Assembly: GCA_963977015.1 (NCBI GenBank)
Contig: CAXBMO010000018.1
Span: 56,252-120,251, forward strand
Source: an uncultured bacterium
Lineage (GTDB): Bacteria; Verrucomicrobiota; Verrucomicrobiia; Verrucomicrobiales; DEV007
DNA: 64,000 nucleotides
Reading direction: 5' to 3'
This document shows, one piece after another, positions 42,086 to 50,949 of the stretch. Positions within the stretch are counted from its first letter, which is position 1; each line of letters opens with the position of its first letter. The translations under genes and the position numbers were made by a program. The notes under the pieces were generated by a model. The model worked only from the letters and a program-made list of their open reading frames with translations. It was not told the origin of the DNA and did not search any database.

Positions 42086-42211
42086 GAGAAAGAGAAATTG
42101 GTGCTGGGGGAACTCAGGGCAAGCGGGCAGGCAAGGTTTCGTTCCACCCAGCACCGAGGGGGGGGAATAAGGGGAGATAATGAAATCACTAAGGAATTCC
42201 AAGTCACTTCA
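42086..42211 (-). ncRNA. Candidate small RNA (hairpin, C-rich linker, terminator-like hairpin)
   Basis: Hairpin at 42181-42211, linker UUAUCUCCCCUUAUUCCCCCCCC, 14-bp hairpin GGUGCUGGG(U)GGAAC/GUUCCCCCAGCACC, then a pyrimidine tail. Confidence 0.4.
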
Positions 42212-42258
42212 CAAACCTGACCAGAAAATCGAAAAAAACTTCCGAATCGCGATTCAAC

Positions 42259-42813
42259 CTACTGCGGAAAGTACTTCCGCCAATCCACAGGCGGTTGCCC
42301 GTCCACCAATTCAACATCGGGATCCACCTCGATTTGTGACGGTTCTGAAGGAGCAGCTTTTGGCTCAGGCTTGGGAATTTCCGTCTCAGCGGGCGTCTCC
42401 GTTTCAGTCACTTCTTTGGGCATTTCCGCCTCCGGTTTCAGTGCGGGAGCCTGCTTCAGGATCTTGACCTGTTCAGGGCCCTCCAATCGGATTTGTGGCG
42501 CTCCACGATACATCTCGATGGTCCCGCTTATCTCAACCGCCTTCCCATCATAGAGTTCGGCAGGAGAGCCTTCGGTGAAGGCTCCCAGGTTTCGCGCAAA
42601 AGTCACACATGCGAAGTCTGAGTTTTCGAAATTCAGAAAATTGATCCCTGAAGCAGAGATTCCTGTATTCACCACCTTGCCCGTCACGATGACTTTCACG
42701 CCTTCATTCGCGAGCAGTGCGGCGGAATCCGTCACCTCAAGTTTCGGGACTTCAGCCTCCTGAGCAATCGCGAGAAGGGGCAGGAGCCATACGCTGAGCA
42801 AAATTGACTTCAT
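42259..42813 (-). CDS. Secreted OB-fold-like protein
   Basis: Signal peptide MKSILLSVWLLPLLAIA, VTGKV…FLNF…YDGKAVEISGTIEMYRGAPQI, Pro/Glu-rich tail. Confidence 0.75.
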   Translation of the reverse strand: MKSILLSVWLLPLLAIAQEAEVPKLEVTDSAALLANEGVKVIVTGKVVNTGISASGINFLNFENSDFACVTFARNLGAFTEGSPAELYDGKAVEISGTIEMYRGAPQIRLEGPEQVKILKQAPALKPEAEMPKEVTETETPAETEIPKPEPKAAPSEPSQIEVDPDVELVDGQPPVDWRKYFPQ

Positions 42814-42826
42814 GCGTAGAAATTGG

Positions 42827-43309
42827 CTAGTCCCAATCGATCGACATTTCCAGCATCTTCTCGCCGTCGAAGACAAAATCCCCTCGAAACTTACCGCCGG
42901 CCAACATCCGCCGAAGCCAATATTGATCGTCGGCCCACATTTCGTCGAAAGGTAACTCGTCAAAATCAAACCAGAGCGGCTTTGCTTCGTCGGTCTCGGT
43001 TGGAGTTCCCTCAAAACTGAAGGCGCGGTAAACAACACAATGCAACGCCAGTCCATCAACAAACTGAAAGCGCAAAATGCCCATTTCCTCGCAGGCTTCC
43101 CGCGGGACCCGAATCACCAATTCTTCTTCCACTTCGCGAACAGCCGAGGTCAACGCACTTTCTCCCGGCTCCAGTTTTCCACCCGGGCCATTGATCTTCC
43201 CCATTCCCAGTCCCCGCTTTTTCCGGATCAGGAGGACTCGATGATCCTGCACCACAAACAACAAATTCGCGCGCATGTTCGGTTCCCAGCGGTTCCAGTC
43301 AACATTCAT
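42827..43309 (-). CDS. NUDIX 8-oxo-dGTP diphosphatase (MTH1/MutT-like)
   Basis: KKRGLGMGKINGPGGKLEPGE…AVREVEEE and EMWADD. Confidence 0.9.
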   Translation of the reverse strand: MNVDWNRWEPNMRANLLFVVQDHRVLLIRKKRGLGMGKINGPGGKLEPGESALTSAVREVEEELVIRVPREACEEMGILRFQFVDGLALHCVVYRAFSFEGTPTETDEAKPLWFDFDELPFDEMWADDQYWLRRMLAGGKFRGDFVFDGEKMLEMSIDWD

Positions 43310-43382
43310 GGCGCACCGTTAGGATCTTCAGGCACAAATTCCAACCTCTAATTCGCGCCAGAGACGTTGCACCCCGGTTCGA

Positions 43383-44603
43383 TCACGTCGCGACATTCTC
43401 TTTGAGCACCGTGCGGACTTTCACTTCCGACTCCAGCGTGCGATGAACCGGGCATTTGTCGGCGATTTCCGTCATGCGAGCTTTTTGCGCTTCGCTCAGG
43501 TTTCCTTCCAGAACCAGCTCCCGCTCAATCACGTCGACCTTGCCCTCCCGGGATTCGCAGTCATCGCAATCCTTGGCGTGTATTTTGCCGTGTCGCAAGC
43601 GAACCTCAACCGCCTTGAGCGGCCACTTTTTGTGGTTCGCATACATCCGCAACGTCATCGCGGTGCAGGCGCCCAATCCAGACAACAGCAGATCGTAGGG
43701 CGACGGCCCCTCATCCGTTCCCCCGACCGAAACCGGTTCATCCGCCACCAAATGGTGACCAGCCGTCAGGACATCGGCGCGAAATCCGTTTCCTTCCAGC
43801 CGAACGAGCGTTTCCTCAGGATCGACGTCATCAGTGGGCCCGATTTCAAGATAACGCTCGGCCCAGGCCGCAATCATTCGGGCCGCATAACGTGAATCCT
43901 GATCGCGACTCAGAAGGTGATCCGCCCTGTCCAGCGAAACGAAGCTCTTGGGATGCCTGGCTCGATCGTAAATGCGACCGGCGTTTTCAATTCCAACGAT
44001 TTCATCAACCGGCGAATGCAGGATCAAGAGCGGCTTTCTCAGCTTTGCGGTCGCCTCCTCCATCGAGGTCTTCTCCAGGTCATCGATAAGCTCCTGTTTG
44101 ATGAGAAAATCCCGTTTGGCGAGCGAAACCTTGGCATGCCCCTGCTCTTTGATCTCATCGAGCTTCGAAGCCAGCAAGTGCGTTACATGAGCCGGGTCTG
44201 AAGGCGCACCAATCGTGGCAACAGCCTTGACGGATTCGATCAGCGCAGCCGCCCGAAGCACAGCGGCTCCACCCAACGAGTGGCCAATCAAAATCTGGGG
44301 ACCTTCGGCAATTTCGTCGAGATAGATCGCGGCCCGATACAAATCATCGACGTTCGAACTGAAGGTGGAATCCGCGAACTCGCCCTCGCTTTTCCCGAGG
44401 CCCGGAAAATCAAACCGGAAAACTCCAATCCCCAATTCCGTCAACGCCCTCGAAATCCGGACAACCGCTTTCAGGTCTTTGCCGCAGGTGAAACAGTGGG
44501 CGAAAAGCGCGTAGGCGCGAGGTCGCCCGACGCTGGGACGGTCGAGTTTTGCCGAAAGCTGATGTCCCTGGTTATTGGGAAAGGTGTGGGGTTCCGATTT
44601 CAT
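43383..44603 (-). CDS. Bifunctional alpha/beta-hydrolase / OsmC family protein
   Basis: FAHCFTC, GHSLGG, ADEP…GPSPYDLL…GACT and KCPVH. Confidence 0.92.
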   Translation of the reverse strand: MKSEPHTFPNNQGHQLSAKLDRPSVGRPRAYALFAHCFTCGKDLKAVVRISRALTELGIGVFRFDFPGLGKSEGEFADSTFSSNVDDLYRAAIYLDEIAEGPQILIGHSLGGAAVLRAAALIESVKAVATIGAPSDPAHVTHLLASKLDEIKEQGHAKVSLAKRDFLIKQELIDDLEKTSMEEATAKLRKPLLILHSPVDEIVGIENAGRIYDRARHPKSFVSLDRADHLLSRDQDSRYAARMIAAWAERYLEIGPTDDVDPEETLVRLEGNGFRADVLTAGHHLVADEPVSVGGTDEGPSPYDLLLSGLGACTAMTLRMYANHKKWPLKAVEVRLRHGKIHAKDCDDCESREGKVDVIERELVLEGNLSEAQKARMTEIADKCPVHRTLESEVKVRTVLKENVAT

Positions 44604-44693
44604 GGTAGTCGAGGTTACCAATCTAGACGCCGATACGCGGCGCAGGCTTTCACGACTTCCTCAATCTCATCCGGCGTCGGCACGCAGCCCCGT

Positions 44694-45806
44694 TCAGCTC
44701 GTGCCAAAGTCGAGCTCTTCAATCCGCCGCCCTCGCTTGTTCACCTTCTCGGCGGACGTCGCAATCTCCTCCAAATCCCGGCTGGCCTGACCAAAATGGG
44801 TCTGAAGCTTGTCCACGCGCTCGCCCAGGCGGGTCACATCTTCCAAGAGCCGAATCACTTCGGTCTGGATCACGTTCGCCTGCTCCCGCATTCGGGTATC
44901 GCGAAGCACCGATTGGATCACTTGAATCGAAAGGAGAAGCAGAGAGGGCGAAACAATGATGACCCTGGCCTTGTGCGATTTCTGAACCAAGTCTTCGAAA
45001 TTTTCGTGGATTTCGGCGAAGATCGACTCCGATGGGACGAACATCAGCGCCGTATCCTGTGTTTCCCCGGGAATCAGGTATTTTCCGGAGATCGTCTTTA
45101 GGTGGACTTCCACGTCCTGACGAAACTTTTGCGACGCCTTCTTCAGCGCAGCTTCCGAGTCGCTGCTCTTGCTGGAGGCGCGAATCGCGTTCCAGCTTTC
45201 GAGCGGAAACTTGGCATCAATCACGAGAATGGCGGCGCCATTCGGCATTTTCACGATGCAGTCCGGACGGCTGCCATTGGAAAGCGTGGACTGAAATTCG
45301 TAGGTTCCGTGGGGCAACGCGTCCGAAACGATGGCCTCCATTCTCCCTTCGCCGAAAGCGCCTCGCGTCTGCTTGTTCGAGAGGATGTTCTGCAACTCGA
45401 CCACCTCGGTTGCGAGTGATTGAATGTTCGATTGAGCGGTGTTGATGACGGCCAGCCGCTCCTGCAATTGCGCCAGATTTTCGTGCGTCGATTTGGTCTG
45501 CTGGGTAATCGACTGGCCAAGCTGCGAACTCATCCCGTCAAGTCGCGAATTAAAGACGTCCGCCAGCGTTCCCATTCGTCCCTGCATCTCCGCCTGAGCC
45601 CGAACCAGGTCCGCCATCCGGTTCTCCGCCTCGCGATCGCGTTCCGCTTCTTCGCCGGCAGCCTTGGCCCGCGCACTGCTCAATCGCCACAGGGTGATGA
45701 GGGCCACTAACAGCAGCAAGACCATCAATCCCACGCCGACAACGAGCGCCAACTCGAGCGTCGCAGGATCAATTCCGAATGAGGCAGGCTGAGAAATTTC
45801 CTCCAT
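44694..45806 (-). CDS. rmuC: DNA recombination protein RmuC
   Basis: N-terminal TM helix and coiled coil, RGAFGE, RPD, IDAKFP, MFVPSE. Confidence 0.92.
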   Translation of the reverse strand: MEEISQPASFGIDPATLELALVVGVGLMVLLLLVALITLWRLSSARAKAAGEEAERDREAENRMADLVRAQAEMQGRMGTLADVFNSRLDGMSSQLGQSITQQTKSTHENLAQLQERLAVINTAQSNIQSLATEVVELQNILSNKQTRGAFGEGRMEAIVSDALPHGTYEFQSTLSNGSRPDCIVKMPNGAAILVIDAKFPLESWNAIRASSKSSDSEAALKKASQKFRQDVEVHLKTISGKYLIPGETQDTALMFVPSESIFAEIHENFEDLVQKSHKARVIIVSPSLLLLSIQVIQSVLRDTRMREQANVIQTEVIRLLEDVTRLGERVDKLQTHFGQASRDLEEIATSAEKVNKRGRRIEELDFGTS

Positions 45807-45873
45807 CTGGCCTCGAACTTAGGCGAATGTCAGGATCCTGGCAAGATCCCCAATCGCGATTCTCTGCGCCTGC

Positions 45874-46884
45874 TCAAACTTGACTGAGAACGAATTCCGC
45901 AAGGCCATCGATTCCGGAATCCGGAAACTCCGTGTCTTCGGTTTCTCCGGGTTCGTGACTGGCCCGGTATTCGCCCATGGTTGAAATCCGGCCCGATTTC
46001 CAGACGTGGGCTTGATCGAGATAAGGCCCCACTTTGAGCGGGTCACTCCAGGTATGAATTGAAACCAACTTGGGATTTGCAGCTGCCGCCAGATGCATCG
46101 GGCCGCTGTCCACGCTGACGACCATGGACGCGCGCCGCAACAACCAGATCAGCTCCGCGAGCGTGGTTTTGTTGAGCACATTGATCCAGGATTCCGGCAA
46201 GTTCAGAGGCGGAACATCCGCTTTTCCAGCCAGAATCACGGGCTCGTCTTTCCAGCGTTCCGCGAGCATCTCCACCTGGTTTGCCGAGAGCGATTTGCCT
46301 CTCCCGCGGGAAAACGGATGAAGCAGAATGAAACGGCTTGGCAGATTCGGGAAAAATTCCGGTAAATCGCCGTCGGGAAGCGGAAATTCGATCGCTTCGG
46401 GAAGCTCGATTCCAAGCTGGGTAAAAAACGTCAAATAGCGTTCCACGGCATGGGGCGAACGCTTGTTCGCGACATCAATGACCGCATCGTGCAGCAAATT
46501 TGCGCCTTCCCGAGCATCCGAATAACCGACAAACAGGTCCGGTTTGCTCCCCCGACCGATCATCGCGCTCCGGAGCAGGCCCTGGACATCCAAAGCCAGA
46601 TCCGGACGCCGATCCTTCTGACTTTTGGTCCATTTGGCCAGCCCGACCATTCCGGCCAACCCGCGGAATTGATCACGCGGAAACTCGACCAGTCCATCCA
46701 AAAGCGGATGGTTTCGCAAAAGCGGCGCCCACACCGTGTTGACGACCCACTCAATGCGAGCGTCTGGCGCATGTTGCCGGAGTATCGCCAAAACCGGCAA
46801 GGTGTGCACGATGTCCCCCAGCGAGCTGGGTTTGACAATGAGGATGCTTTTGAGCGAACTGAGCTGAAGGGAATCGAGAGACAT
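45874..46884 (-). CDS. GT9 LPS heptosyltransferase
   Basis: IVKPSSLGDIVHTLP, DVQGLLRS, VDSGPMHLAAA. Confidence 0.9.
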   Translation of the reverse strand: MSLDSLQLSSLKSILIVKPSSLGDIVHTLPVLAILRQHAPDARIEWVVNTVWAPLLRNHPLLDGLVEFPRDQFRGLAGMVGLAKWTKSQKDRRPDLALDVQGLLRSAMIGRGSKPDLFVGYSDAREGANLLHDAVIDVANKRSPHAVERYLTFFTQLGIELPEAIEFPLPDGDLPEFFPNLPSRFILLHPFSRGRGKSLSANQVEMLAERWKDEPVILAGKADVPPLNLPESWINVLNKTTLAELIWLLRRASMVVSVDSGPMHLAAAANPKLVSIHTWSDPLKVGPYLDQAHVWKSGRISTMGEYRASHEPGETEDTEFPDSGIDGLAEFVLSQV

Positions 46885-46955
46885 TCCAGATGGTTCGATG
46901 GTGACGAACTGGCGCACGATAACGAGGATCGGGAAAATCCAAGAACGAAGATTGG

Positions 46956-48821
46956 CTAAGGCTGATAGGCCGCAATTGCGTCGAGGCCTTCTTCGCTGAA
47001 AAAGCGGCTCAGAAACTTCCGGTCGCTCTTCTTGAGATCAGTGATGATCAAGCCATCGAGACAGTTCGAAAATTCGCGATCGACGTTAAAACTCATCAGC
47101 GTGGTGTGCATCCGCAGATAGTGCTTCAGCAAAACCGGAATTCCTTTGCGATCGATCTCGATTTCCGAAATTAACGCGGAAACGTCCTCAACACCATTCA
47201 GCAATCCGCTGACTTCCTTGCCTTCGAGCCCCAGGATGCGGCGGCGATGCCGGAAGGGACGACGGGGACGAACCCGGGCCGCGAGGTTCAAATCTTCATC
47301 GCGACCTTCCCGCAAGTATTTGGTAATCAAAGCCTTGGACGCCTTGGAGTAGGTATTGCTGATACTGACCGGACCAAAAAGCCGGTAGTATTTTGGCTCG
47401 CGACAGGGAATCACGCCGACACCGCGCCAAAGCAAGGTCAGCGTCTGCTGGGTGCGTTGATAGTCCGGCGCAACGAACGAGCGGCCAAGTTCCAACCCCG
47501 GAGTCAACGCGTCGATGAATTCGTCACTGAGATGAAAGAGCGTCGATGTATACAGTCCACGTTTTCCGTATTTCGGAATGATTTCGTCGGTCATTCCGCA
47601 GCGATAGGAGCCCGCGATCTTGTTGGCTTGCGAATCCCAGAGAAAAAGATGGCGATAATGCTGATCGAACTGATCCAAATCGCAGGATTTACCGCTGCCC
47701 TCCCCTTCCTGCCGAAAGGTCACTTCCCGGAGCCGCCCAATTTCGCGAAGGACGTTCGGAATCTCGGCGGAACGGCAGAAATAGAGCGCGAAATGCTTGT
47801 AATCGTAGATCCGGTTCTCGGACGGAAGCCCGGCAATTTCTTCGGCCAGTACCTCAGGATCGATCGGATCGATGATCGGCTCCATTTTGGGCGGCTTGGC
47901 CGGAATCAACGATCGGCCGGTCTCGGGTTCGCTGACACGATTCGCGAGAATCTCGGTGCGCATGCGAACGTAGCGCGTCCGCTCCAAATCATTGTTCAGC
48001 CGATCGAGTTTGGCCGAGGGAATGGGTTTGCCAATCGCCACCGGAATTTCGTGACCAGCTTTGTTTGCGAGTTCGCGCCCCAACATCGCGGTGCGCAGAA
48101 GCGGGTGCAGTTTTCCCAGCGATTGGAAGACGAGGCTGTTCCGGCCATGAACGAAAAACGGAACAATCACCGCGCCACCACGCCGGGCGAGGGAAATGGC
48201 ATGTTTGCTCCATTCCGGATCGCGGACGGAGCGCTGTCGAAAATTGAAATGGGCGACCTCGCCGGCGGGAAACGTTGCCAGCACCCCGCCCTCCTTCAAC
48301 CAACCGAGACAGGCGCGCAGTCCTCGCGAATTATCCGAGGAATTCCGGGCCGAATCAAAGGGGCTCACCGGGATAATCCACGATTTCAACGGCTCCACCT
48401 GCTGGAGGAGAAAATTGCCGAGAAGCCGGAAATCAGGGCGAACTTCCTCCAAAATGGCACCCAGGATGATCCCGTCCAAGGCTCCAAACGGATGATTGCT
48501 CACGACGAGCACGGGCCCTTTCTGCGGAAAGCGGTCCAGATCTTCGTTGCTCACCTGGTAGGTCGCGCCAACCACGCGGAGGCAGGCCTTGAAGAAGCTT
48601 CCCTCCTCCTCCCACAGGCTGAGGACTTCGCGATAGCCGCTGTTGATCCGATCAAAACTCAGCAATCGTTCCACCGGCTTTGCGATGGGCATCAATCGAC
48701 GGGTTGCCGCGGTTTGCGACAGAACTGACATCACATTGATGAGATCAGCTGGTTTGGGATCTTTCACAGGGGTTGAGAGAGTAACGTCAAATCCTGGCAA
48801 CGCCACAAGCAGGAATGTCAC
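46956..48821 (-). CDS. Acyltransferase + GNAT fusion (OlsF-like aminolipid synthase)
   Basis: NHPFGALD and FPAGEV (PlsC-like). EIGRLREVTFR…DLDQFD…LELGRSFV…PVLLKHY (OlsB-like). Start uncertain. Confidence 0.85.
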   Translation of the reverse strand: MTFLLVALPGFDVTLSTPVKDPKPADLINVMSVLSQTAATRRLMPIAKPVERLLSFDRINSGYREVLSLWEEEGSFFKACLRVVGATYQVSNEDLDRFPQKGPVLVVSNHPFGALDGIILGAILEEVRPDFRLLGNFLLQQVEPLKSWIIPVSPFDSARNSSDNSRGLRACLGWLKEGGVLATFPAGEVAHFNFRQRSVRDPEWSKHAISLARRGGAVIVPFFVHGRNSLVFQSLGKLHPLLRTAMLGRELANKAGHEIPVAIGKPIPSAKLDRLNNDLERTRYVRMRTEILANRVSEPETGRSLIPAKPPKMEPIIDPIDPEVLAEEIAGLPSENRIYDYKHFALYFCRSAEIPNVLREIGRLREVTFRQEGEGSGKSCDLDQFDQHYRHLFLWDSQANKIAGSYRCGMTDEIIPKYGKRGLYTSTLFHLSDEFIDALTPGLELGRSFVAPDYQRTQQTLTLLWRGVGVIPCREPKYYRLFGPVSISNTYSKASKALITKYLREGRDEDLNLAARVRPRRPFRHRRRILGLEGKEVSGLLNGVEDVSALISEIEIDRKGIPVLLKHYLRMHTTLMSFNVDREFSNCLDGLIITDLKKSDRKFLSRFFSEEGLDAIAAYQP

Positions 48822-48848
48822 AATTCCGCCCCTTGAGGGCCGATTTCT

Positions 48849-49325
48849 TCACAACGGGGTCCAGTTCGAGAACGTCGCGGCCTGCCCAGCCAGTTCACCA
48901 CTCGCGTCGGTGAGGTTCCAAACCAGCGCTTTCTCGATGAGAAACCGCTTTCCGGTCAACGAGATTCGAACGCCCTTGTAGTCGTCGATATAACCTTGCT
49001 CCGCAGTTTGGCGAAGCATTCGTGCCCGCTCTTCGCGCAGCGGCGCTTCCGCCGTGAGCCGGGATGGCATCTGGAGAAATTCCTCCAGCTTGGCTTCCCA
49101 AAGAGTCAGCGCGGTTCGGTTTCCGAAATTCAGCACCGGATCTTCGCGGGTATCGTGCGAGGCCACCACGAAGGGCGCCTCGAACAACGCGGTCGCGTCA
49201 GACTTGGGATCCCCCGTTCGTGCGATCAATTCCCTGCCAACGCATTTGGCGAATGAGTCGAGGATGATCCGCGATTGCTCGATCCACGCGGGACTCGAAA
49301 TCATCTCCTCCATCGAGCCGTCCAT
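48849..49325 (-). CDS. Stand-alone MEKHLA domain protein
   Basis: LFEAPFVVASH…DPVLNFGN…PSRLTAE…YKGVRIS..GKRF…GQAATF. Confidence 0.88.
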   Translation of the reverse strand: MDGSMEEMISSPAWIEQSRIILDSFAKCVGRELIARTGDPKSDATALFEAPFVVASHDTREDPVLNFGNRTALTLWEAKLEEFLQMPSRLTAEAPLREERARMLRQTAEQGYIDDYKGVRISLTGKRFLIEKALVWNLTDASGELAGQAATFSNWTPL

Positions 49326-49328
49326 TCC

Positions 49329-49787
49329 CTAGGAACTCTTATGGATACTGGCCGGCTGACCGTAGCTGTTCAACACGAGTTTCACGCGCCCATTCACTTC
49401 AAAAGGATGCGGTTCGCGAACCGGCATCACGTATTGACGACCATCGTCGCCATCAATCCAGAGTTCCCAGCCCTTCTTCTTCGAAAGCGCTTTCTCGGCT
49501 TCGTTGCCGGCCAGCGCCCCCACCAAGAGTCCGCCAAGCGCTCCGGCCGCATGAGCTGCAGCATCTCCGCCAATCATGCTTCCACCAATCATCCCCGCAC
49601 TGCTTCCAATAAAGCTCCCCACACCTCCGGAGTTCTTTTTCAGAATGGTGGGATTCATCGCGGTAATGGATCCTTCAACCACTTGGCCGCCGCTTCGCCC
49701 ATTGTTCCCGTAGGTTGAGGTGGATTGAGTTTGGCAGGAAGCGAGGAAACAAGCCAGGAGCGCGATGGTGAGAAGCTGAATTTTCAA
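49329..49787 (-). CDS. Glycine-zipper 2TM outer-membrane lipoprotein (SlyB-like)
   Basis: Lipobox LASC after a probable TTG start, and a GSSAGMIGG…GALGG..VG zipper. Confidence 0.78.
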   Translation of the reverse strand: MKIQLLTIALLACFLASCQTQSTSTYGNNGRSGGQVVEGSITAMNPTILKKNSGGVGSFIGSSAGMIGGSMIGGDAAAHAAGALGGLLVGALAGNEAEKALSKKKGWELWIDGDDGRQYVMPVREPHPFEVNGRVKLVLNSYGQPASIHKSS

Positions 49788-49839
49788 AATGAATCGAAAA
49801 CGGTTGGAATTCAAAAAGCAGACGCGCCTCGGAGGAGGC

Positions 49840-50949
49840 TTATTCGTCGCCAAAGAGAATCCCACGTTGCCACTTCATCAACATTTCGTCCTGCTTTTCC
49901 GGATAATTGGCCATCGTTTCGAGAATTCCACGCGTTGCGATGATCGTTGGCTCCAGATTCAATTCAGCCGCCTTGGCATCCCGATGGGCGCGCAATCGTT
50001 CGTATTCATCCGCGTTGAACTCTTCACGCCGTCCGCCTTTTCGAATCCGCTTCACGGGCCACTCGTCTTTTGGCACTTGCCGAGCTTTCTCAATCGCCGC
50101 GCGAAATCGTTTCGCTTGGCTGGCGTTCAACCCTTTGGCCCCTCTCAAGTTATCGCCCCGCGCAGATCGCTCCGAAAAATCGAGCAGGGATTGATTGCTC
50201 ATGACGCGAAATGGCGGGCAATCACGAGATTGGCTCTCCTCATCGCGCCAAAACCAGAGTTCGCGCAAGAAAACCAGACCACTTCGGTCCAATTTCCCCC
50301 AACCTGGAATTCGCCAGATTTCGTCCGGAGAGCGCTCCTTGCGAGCGAGAACATTGTCCCGGGACACATGGCACCACTCCGTAAACCAGTCATGGCGAGA
50401 GAGCCCTTTTACCTTTTCGGTAAGCTTGTCGGCTAGGGGAAGCAGGTAGCGGACGTCATCAAACGCGTAGCGCAGCAACTTGTCCTTCAACGGCCGGGCT
50501 CCCCAATCCGCCTTTTGGGACGACTTGGAGAGATGAATGTCGAAGTAATCCGCGATCAGGTTTGCCAACCCAAACCGCGTATGCCCGGCAAGCCGTGCCG
50601 CCAACTGCGTGTCGAGAATTCGCGCAGGCACGAAATCAAACGTTCGCTGCAGCAGCGTCATGTCAAAATCAGCGCCGTGCATCCAGACTTCGTCGGCCTC
50701 GTCCCAGAACGTGACCAGCTTCTGGAGAGCCTCCTGCTCGATTCTCAGCGGATCGATGATTGCCAACATATTGTCGCAACTCATCTGAATGAGGCAAAGC
50801 TTCTCGCGATAGGAGTGCAGACTGTCGGCCTCGGTATCAACCGAGCAACGCGTTACGCCTTCGTTGTGGAGACGATCGAGAAACGCCAATAGATCGGCGT
50901 CAGTTTCAATAAAATGCTCTTCGTATTCGACCATCCCAGCCTTGGTCAC
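49840..50949 (-). CDS. rnd: Ribonuclease D (with HRDC domain)
   Basis: VDTEADS, HGADFD, DTQ, DWGARPL…YAFDDV, WRD…PPFRV. Confidence 0.9.
   Translation of the reverse strand: MTKAGMVEYEEHFIETDADLLAFLDRLHNEGVTRCSVDTEADSLHSYREKLCLIQMSCDNMLAIIDPLRIEQEALQKLVTFWDEADEVWMHGADFDMTLLQRTFDFVPARILDTQLAARLAGHTRFGLANLIADYFDIHLSKSSQKADWGARPLKDKLLRYAFDDVRYLLPLADKLTEKVKGLSRHDWFTEWCHVSRDNVLARKERSPDEIWRIPGWGKLDRSGLVFLRELWFWRDEESQSRDCPPFRVMSNQSLLDFSERSARGDNLRGAKGLNASQAKRFRAAIEKARQVPKDEWPVKRIRKGGRREEFNADEYERLRAHRDAKAAELNLEPTIIATRGILETMANYPEKQDEMLMKWQRGILFGDE

Noticed and set aside
41946-42207. Three short ORFs upstream of rpoZ
   Set aside because: They overlap each other, have low complexity and show no motifs. 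RNA structure explains the region better.
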